Shown here: in pieces, positions 62,921 to 64,000 of the stretch | Layout of the letters: every line of letters begins with the position of its first letter | How positions within the stretch are numbered: the first letter of the stretch is position 1 | NCBI GenBank assembly: GCA_905178155.1 | Contig: CAJINV010000003.1 | Location: forward strand, 3,017,715-3,081,714 | Direction of reading: 5' to 3' | Length of the DNA: 64,000 bases | Origin: Amoebophrya sp. A120 | Taxonomy: Eukaryota; Protista; Dinoflagellata | Made by a program: the position numbers and the translations under genes | The notes under the pieces: generated by a model | What the model was told of the DNA's origin: nothing | Databases searched by the model: none | The model's input: only the letters and a program-made list of their open reading frames with translations

Positions 62921-64000
62921 CTAAAAGTTACTTGCTCTGAACACGTCTCGCGCGAGCCTCTGCCCCTGCAACGGTTTCGGGGCTAGCAATTGTTTCCCGT
63001 CGAACACAGGCGAGAAAAAAAGGGCTGCCAGATGAACTTCATCAGAATAGGCGTTGACGATCAAATTTCCGCTCTGGTGCCAGGGATTCATGACCAACAG
63101 GATATCCTCGCACCACTGCGGAACGCGCCTGTGCAACCACGAGCGGACGTGTCCAACCGTTGGGCCCTCCCGGACAAACCGCTCTGTGGTATCGATTTTT
63201 TTTTTACAATAAATTTGATACTGCTCAAAATCGTGGCGCTTGCACCAAATGAAAATCATAGAGTAAAAGAATATGGCACTCGGATCAATAAAACCGTGAT
63301 AAATATGTAAAAAGGCTTTTGTCTCCGTACTTTCTATGGCTGAATGCGGGACGACCACCATCTGGAACGTGTAGCCGGTTTCGTTTGCCACGGTAACGCT
63401 ATCTCCCGAAACGTCTCGCAGAAACAAGGTCCACTTTCTGCGCCACTCCTCTGGGACCGGTTCGCCATCCAAGTAGAACGCGGGCGCTGTCCCCTCCACC
63501 GTGGGCGGCAGAAGGGGCTTCATGACCCCACTACCAGTCCGGCGAGCCAAGGGAGCGTTTTTGCGCCGTAAAAACGACGTCTTATGGGTAGGAGCGAGGG
63601 AAGAAGTGTCGCGAGAAGAAGTGGCTGTACCCGGTCCGGCTGTGCTGGCATCGTGCGCATTGGCAGGGGTAGATTGCAAATAAGGGTCGCATTCCTCACC
63701 TCGACCTGGTTGACCGGCCCTGGCGTTCCCATCTTGTGGTCCACACTGTCGGAGGACAGAGAGCACGGGCTCCCGGTTTGCGAAACTGGTACTCGAGCTC
63801 CAATGGGTTTTGCTGTGATGTTGAGCAAGATTTTCCCGTACTCCGCCAGACGTTCCAAGCGAGTGCTCCGCAAATGCCGGCGCCGCTGGCTCTACTTGCG
63901 GTACTCCGGTAGGCTGGGGAAGAACGTCTGTTAAGACAGTCAGCGAGTCACTGATTGCCTGGAAAAGCTCGAGCCACTTCGACCCCATATCTTCGGGATG
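62921..64000 (-). CDS. Hypothetical protein (3' part; may extend beyond the window)
   Basis: 355-codon ORF on the same strand as all other genes; no recognisable motif. Confidence 0.5.
   Translation of the reverse strand, partial: HPEDMGSKWLELFQAISDSLTVLTDVLPQPTGVPQVEPAAPAFAEHSLGTSGGVRENLAQHHSKTHWSSSTSFANREPVLSVLRQCGPQDGNARAGQPGRGEECDPYLQSTPANAHDASTAGPGTATSSRDTSSLAPTHKTSFLRRKNAPLARRTGSGVMKPLLPPTVEGTAPAFYLDGEPVPEEWRRKWTLFLRDVSGDSVTVANETGYTFQMVVVPHSAIESTETKAFLHIYHGFIDPSAIFFYSMIFIWCKRHDFEQYQIYCKKKIDTTERFVREGPTVGHVRSWLHRRVPQWCEDILLVMNPWHQSGNLIVNAYSDEVHLAALFFSPVFDGKQLLAPKPLQGQRLARDVFRASNF

Overview
Eukaryotic, intron-rich genomic window in which every supportable protein gene lies on the minus strand. 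This gene order, together with many non-GT-AG introns made of TIR elements with 5-bp target-site duplications (TSDs), points to a syndinian dinoflagellate, most likely Amoebophrya (inferred, not verified). Genes: a tandem array of four paralogous Cys-rich, probably secreted proteins (1-14.5 kb); proteasome ATPase RPT3; two GDAP2-like macro+CRAL-TRIO genes; an M14 zinc carboxypeptidase; two paralogous signal-peptide ankyrin-like genes, each hit by an insertion; an SH3-like/endocytic-motif gene; an ankyrin gene with a C-terminal F-box-like motif; a virilizer-like gene; and RNA polymerase I/III subunit AC19. Mobile DNA: nine intact and one truncated TAT...ATA introner elements, a 5'-truncated zinc-finger retroelement-like insert, a foldback MITE next to its own empty site, and a long-TIR MITE. 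The most unusual structure is at 34.6-39.1 kb. A ~40-55 bp piece of the coding sequence of one ankyrin-like gene occurs five times in direct orientation, separated by unrelated 0.6-1.7 kb spacers, two of which carry fragments of another, unspliced gene. This repeat-spacer array splits the host ORF, and recombination between the outer copies would rejoin it in frame.
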